A DNA stretch of 64,000 bases from Spirochaetota bacterium (lineage in GTDB: Bacteria; Spirochaetota; UBA4802; UBA5550): positions 21,828 to 85,827 of the forward strand of contig JBGTBN010000020.1 of the NCBI GenBank assembly GCA_041749375.1. The letters are read 5' to 3'. Positions 60,238 through 64,000 of the stretch are shown here, one piece after another. Numbering within the stretch: position 1 is the stretch's first letter; every line of letters begins with the position of its first letter. Below the pieces are notes generated by a model. The model was not told where the DNA came from, did no database searches, and was given only the letters and a program-made list of their open reading frames with translations. A program made the position numbers and the translations under genes.

Positions 60238-60466
60238 TATCGATAAAAAATTCGACGAGGGAAAGGACATTTCCGAATACCTTGACATGTCCAGGGCAAA
60301 AAGGCCCGGCAAGGAACACAAAAGGGTAAACGTGGATTTTCCGTTATGGATGATTCACTTATTGGATAAAGAAGCAACGCGTCTGGGTGTCCCCCGGCAA
60401 TCAATAATTAAAGTATGGGTTGCCGAGCGTCTTGATAAGAGATCCTCAAAGCAAGCAGAAAAGTGA
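60224..60466 (+). CDS. brnA: BrnA antitoxin (CopG/RHH-like)
   Basis: VNVDFPLWMIHLLDKEATRLGVPRQSIIKVW; overlaps brnT. Confidence 0.75.
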   Translation: MKARDIDKKFDEGKDISEYLDMSRAKRPGKEHKRVNVDFPLWMIHLLDKEATRLGVPRQSIIKVWVAERLDKRSSKQAEK

Positions 60467-60517
60467 TATTCCAGAATTGAAGCGTTAATAAATATCGCCT
60501 ACGGTGAATGAATCATT

Positions 60518-61273
60518 ATGCCAAAAGTAAAAGCCATCACCTTCGACCTGTGGGACACGATCATCCGCGACGACTCGGACGAGCCGAAGCGGAAGGCGGC
60601 TGGCAGGCCCACAAAGAAAGAGGAGCGCCGCGAGCTGGTGCACCGGTACTGCGCCAGGCACGGGCACCTTGACCGAAAGCTCGTGGACGCAGCCTACAAC
60701 GCCGCGGACGCAGCGTTCAACAAGGCGTGGAAGGAGCTCCACGTCACCTGGGACGTGGACGAGAGGCTGGACATTATATTCAAGGGGCTTGGCCGCACCC
60801 TGCCCGACATCGAGCGCGCGGAGCTGGTGCGGCTCCACGAAGAGATGGAGCTCGAGTTCCGGCCGGACCTGATCCCGGGCGTGCCGGAGGCCCTGAAAGA
60901 ACTGCATGGGAAGTACCGGCTCGGCGTCATCTCGGACGCCATCTTCACGCCGGGGAAGGCGCTTCGCCGCATCCTCTCGGACTACGGCCTGCTGGGCATG
61001 TTCGAGGTGTTCGTCTTCTCCGACGAGGCCGGAAGGTCCAAGCCGGACCCGCTCGTGTTCCGGACCGCCGCGGAGGCCTTCGGTGTGAAGCCGGTCGAGA
61101 TGATCCACGTCGGCGACCGGGAGCAGAACGACGTGGACGGGCCGCACCGGTTCGGCGCGCGCGCCCTGCTCTGCACGGCTGCCGTGGACCGGGGAAGCGC
61201 GGACACGAAGGCGGAGGCCGTGTTCGGCGACTACCGGGAGCTCCCGGACCTGATTGCGAAACTCAGCCAGTAA
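60518..61273 (+). CDS. HAD-superfamily hydrolase (subfamily IA)
   Basis: FDLWDT motif I, S/T motif II, GD.E.ND motif IV. Confidence 0.8.
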   Translation: MPKVKAITFDLWDTIIRDDSDEPKRKAAGRPTKKEERRELVHRYCARHGHLDRKLVDAAYNAADAAFNKAWKELHVTWDVDERLDIIFKGLGRTLPDIERAELVRLHEEMELEFRPDLIPGVPEALKELHGKYRLGVISDAIFTPGKALRRILSDYGLLGMFEVFVFSDEAGRSKPDPLVFRTAAEAFGVKPVEMIHVGDREQNDVDGPHRFGARALLCTAAVDRGSADTKAEAVFGDYRELPDLIAKLSQ

Positions 61274-61282
61274 GGAGGGCCC

Positions 61283-62134
61283 ATGGCCGCGACATACCGC
61301 TTTCTCATTATAGACGGATACGCGAAACAGAGCAGGGACGACTTCGACGCCGCGGGCATGAAGCACGCGGGCATACTCTACGCGGACATGCTCCTCGCGT
61401 ACCTGCCCGGCGCTCAGTACGATTTATTGTACACGAGCGACCCGGGCACGCAGGTCCCGGACGTGAAGGCCATCGGCACGTACGCGGGTGTTCTCTGGCC
61501 CGGATGCAACCTGACAGTGTACCAGACCGACGACCCGCGGGTGAAAACGATGATCGAGCTGTGCGACCGCGTGTTCGAGGCGGGCGTGCCGCAGTTCGGC
61601 ACCTGCTGGGGGATCCAGCTCCCGGTGTTCGTGGCCGGGGGCGAGGTGAAGGCAAACCCGAAGGGCCGCGAGATGGGTATCGGCCGCAAGATCCGCCTCA
61701 CCGCAGAGGGAAAGAAGCACCCGATGATGAAGGGCAAGCCCGACGTGTACAGCCACTTCGTGAGCCATGACGACGAGGTGACCCGGCTCCCGAAGGGATC
61801 GACGCTCCTGGCCGGAAACGACTACTCGCATGTCCAGGCAGCGGAGATCCGCTACAAGAAGGGCGTGTTCTGGGGACTCCAGTACCACCCGGAGTACGAC
61901 CTGCACGAGATGGCCCGCCTCATGGTGGCGCGTGAGAAGAAGCTGACGGAGATCGGCTTCTTCAGGGGCCACGAAGACTTCCAGGAATATGTCGGCCGGC
62001 TTGAAGAACTCCATTCGCACCAGGACCGCAAGGACCTTCGCTGGCAGCTCGGCATTGACGACGATGTGCTCTCCGCCGCCGTAAGGCAGTGCGAGTTCAA
62101 GAACTGGATCGATACGCTCATACTTGAAAAGTAA
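61283..62134 (+). CDS. class I glutamine amidotransferase-like protein
   Basis: GTCWGIQ nucleophile elbow, HPE dyad. Confidence 0.7.
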   Translation: MAATYRFLIIDGYAKQSRDDFDAAGMKHAGILYADMLLAYLPGAQYDLLYTSDPGTQVPDVKAIGTYAGVLWPGCNLTVYQTDDPRVKTMIELCDRVFEAGVPQFGTCWGIQLPVFVAGGEVKANPKGREMGIGRKIRLTAEGKKHPMMKGKPDVYSHFVSHDDEVTRLPKGSTLLAGNDYSHVQAAEIRYKKGVFWGLQYHPEYDLHEMARLMVAREKKLTEIGFFRGHEDFQEYVGRLEELHSHQDRKDLRWQLGIDDDVLSAAVRQCEFKNWIDTLILEK

Positions 62135-62150
62135 CACAGGGAGGCATGCA

Positions 62151-62546
62151 ATGTCATCACACGCACAGAACGAAAAGCTGGTCGAGGGGATCAAGAACAA
62201 GGCCATAGACGAAAAAATTGCCTGCGCTGCCGTGTTCCAGATAGCCGGCGAGCTGGGCGTCGAGCCGGCCGAGGCGGGGCGCACCCTCGACCTGATGGAC
62301 ATCTCGATCATAAAATGCCAGCTCGGCCTGTTCGGCTTTACGCCGGAGAAGAAGGTCGTGAAGCCTGCAGTGTCGGTATCGGATGTCATGAAAAACGAGA
62401 TTGAGTCGCGGCTGTCGGACGGCCGGCTCCCCTGCATCGCAGCGTGGGACATCGCCGCGAAGCTGAAGGTTGCGAAGATGGACGTGGCCGCGGCGTGTGA
62501 AACGCTGGGGATAAAGATCAAGCCGTGCCAGCTGGGTGCGTTCTAA
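62151..62546 (+). CDS. hypothetical protein with two tandem roughly 55-aa repeats each carrying two Cys
   Basis: internal duplication KIACAAVFQIAGELG...KCQLGLFG versus LPCIAAWDIAAKL...KPCQLGAF; GGGAGG RBS. Confidence 0.5.
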   Translation: MSSHAQNEKLVEGIKNKAIDEKIACAAVFQIAGELGVEPAEAGRTLDLMDISIIKCQLGLFGFTPEKKVVKPAVSVSDVMKNEIESRLSDGRLPCIAAWDIAAKLKVAKMDVAAACETLGIKIKPCQLGAF

Positions 62547-62586
62547 CTGTTTCCTGACAAACTCCATCCCTGGAGTTTTTCGAAGC

Positions 62587-63810
62587 CTATTTCAGCGCCG
62601 ACTCGATCCGGTCAAGCGCCTTCACCACGTTTTCGCGCGAATTGAACGCGCTGATGCGGATGAAGCCCTCGCCGCACCTGCCGAAGCCCGCGCCGGGCGT
62701 GCACACCACCCCGGCCTTCTCCAGCAGCAGGTCGAAAAACTCCCACGAGTCGCGGTCACCCCTGACCCAGATGTAGGGCGCATTGACCCCGCCGAAGCAG
62801 GAGAACCCGATGGCGCTCATCCTGTTCCGGATGACCGCCGCGTTCCCCAGGTAAAAGTCCACAATCTCCCGCACCTGTTTTCTGCCCCCGTCCGAGTAGA
62901 CCGCCTCTGCGGCGCGCTGCACGGGATAGGAGACCCCGTTGAACTTGGTGGTCTGGCGCCGCAGCCAGAGCGGGTGCAGGCTCACCGCCTCGCCGGCGGC
63001 CGTGTAGGCGCGGCACTTCTTCGGCACCACGGTGAAGGCGCAGCGCGTGCCGGTAAAACCGGCGGTCTTGGAAAAGCTCCGGAACTCTATCGCCACCTCG
63101 TCCGCACCCTCGATCTCGAAGATGCTGCGCGGGATCGAGTCGTCGCGTATGAAGCACTCGTACGCGGCGTCGTAGAGGATGAGCGACTTGTTCTCGCGCG
63201 CGTACGCGACCCATTTCGCCAGGTCCTCTTTCGTTGCGGTCGCGCCGGTCGGGTTGTTGGGAAAGCAGAGGTATATGAGGTCAGCCCGCTCTTTCGGTAT
63301 CCCGGGCACGAAGCTGTTCTTTTCCGTTGACTCGAGGTAGACGAGCCCGCCGTAGCGGCCGTCGCGGTTCTCCGAGGTCCGTCCCGCCATCACGTTGGTG
63401 TCCACGTACACCGGGTAGACCGGGTCCGGCACCGCGATGGCGATGTCGTTGGCGAAGAGCTCCTGGATGTTGCCCGTGTCGCACTTGGCCCCGTCGCTTA
63501 CGAATATCTCGTCCGCGTCGATGTCCGCTCCCCGCGAGCGGTAATCGAACCCGGCTATCTTTTCCCGTAAAAAATCATATCCCTGCTCCGGACCGTATCC
63601 CCGGAAGGTCTTCTCGGACGCCATGTCGTCCACCGCCCGGTGGAACGCGTCGATGCAGGCGGCAGGGAGCGGCCTGGTCACGTCGCCGATGCCCAGACGC
63701 ACGATCTCCCGGTCCGGGTTGTTCTTGGAGAACTCCGCCACGCGGCGCGCGATGTCCGAAAAGAGGTACGATGCCTTGAGCTTCAGGTAGTTTTCATTTA
63801 CGCGGATCAT
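62587..63810 (-). CDS. dapL: LL-diaminopimelate aminotransferase
   Basis: N-terminus [17 protein letters not shown] typical of DapL; PLP lysine region [10 protein letters not shown]. Confidence 0.9.
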   Translation of the reverse strand: MIRVNENYLKLKASYLFSDIARRVAEFSKNNPDREIVRLGIGDVTRPLPAACIDAFHRAVDDMASEKTFRGYGPEQGYDFLREKIAGFDYRSRGADIDADEIFVSDGAKCDTGNIQELFANDIAIAVPDPVYPVYVDTNVMAGRTSENRDGRYGGLVYLESTEKNSFVPGIPKERADLIYLCFPNNPTGATATKEDLAKWVAYARENKSLILYDAAYECFIRDDSIPRSIFEIEGADEVAIEFRSFSKTAGFTGTRCAFTVVPKKCRAYTAAGEAVSLHPLWLRRQTTKFNGVSYPVQRAAEAVYSDGGRKQVREIVDFYLGNAAVIRNRMSAIGFSCFGGVNAPYIWVRGDRDSWEFFDLLLEKAGVVCTPGAGFGRCGEGFIRISAFNSRENVVKALDRIESALK

Positions 63811-64000
63811 GGGCCTTCTTCCTGCCGTTAGTGTCTCTAAAGAGCAATGAGCAACAGAAAATAGTCAGCGCCGGTTATAAAGCAAGCAATTTTTAACGGT
63901 TCCCCGTCCCGGCGAGGACCGGCCCTGTAGTCGAAACCGTGCCGCCCTTTTCACCGGTATCGGTTACCGCAGCCGCGATAAAAAAATGTTGATTAATGCA

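Overview
Gene-dense, roughly 60% GC bacterial chromosomal segment with genes on both strands and several AT-rich islands. No rRNA, tRNA or CRISPR array was recognised. Content, left to right: (1) a galactoside and carbohydrate block of galK, a GH36-like alpha-galactosidase, a GH1 beta-glycosidase, a DUF4015 glycosidase lipoprotein, an MFS transporter and a GH13 alpha-glucosidase. (2) An aromatic 2-oxoacid fermentation operon, paaK-like CoA ligase, ACT protein, iorA, iorB, interrupted by an AT-rich DUF559 endonuclease-like cassette flanked by GC-rich palindromes. (3) An accessory envelope region with an IS91-family transposase fragment, a GxxExxY nuclease-fold gene, lipoproteins (one disrupted), two tandem FGE-sulfatase-domain lipoprotein paralogs, a membrane LuxR regulator, a CPBP protease, a beta-lactamase-fold lipoprotein, a membrane PP2C phosphatase, and a penicillin-acylase gene paired with a 7TMR-DISM/AraC regulator. 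(4) A housekeeping block of bactofilin, DUF327, holB, PSP1/yaaT and metG, plus a DEAD-box helicase. (5) A small toxin-antitoxin island of vapBC, an orphan AbrB-type antitoxin and brnTA, then HAD, GATase1 and dapL. The most striking sequence-level observation is a roughly 62-bp promoter-like element present in five same-orientation copies. Each copy is a conserved GC-rich 17-mer, a T-run, TTGAAA, a 17-nt spacer containing TCTCCCA, and a CAyAaT -10. The copies sit upstream of unrelated genes. Two genes appear disrupted by single-base lesions, one of them at a G7 homopolymer. No obviously novel multi-gene system such as a defence island or new CRISPR-Cas locus could be supported from sequence alone.
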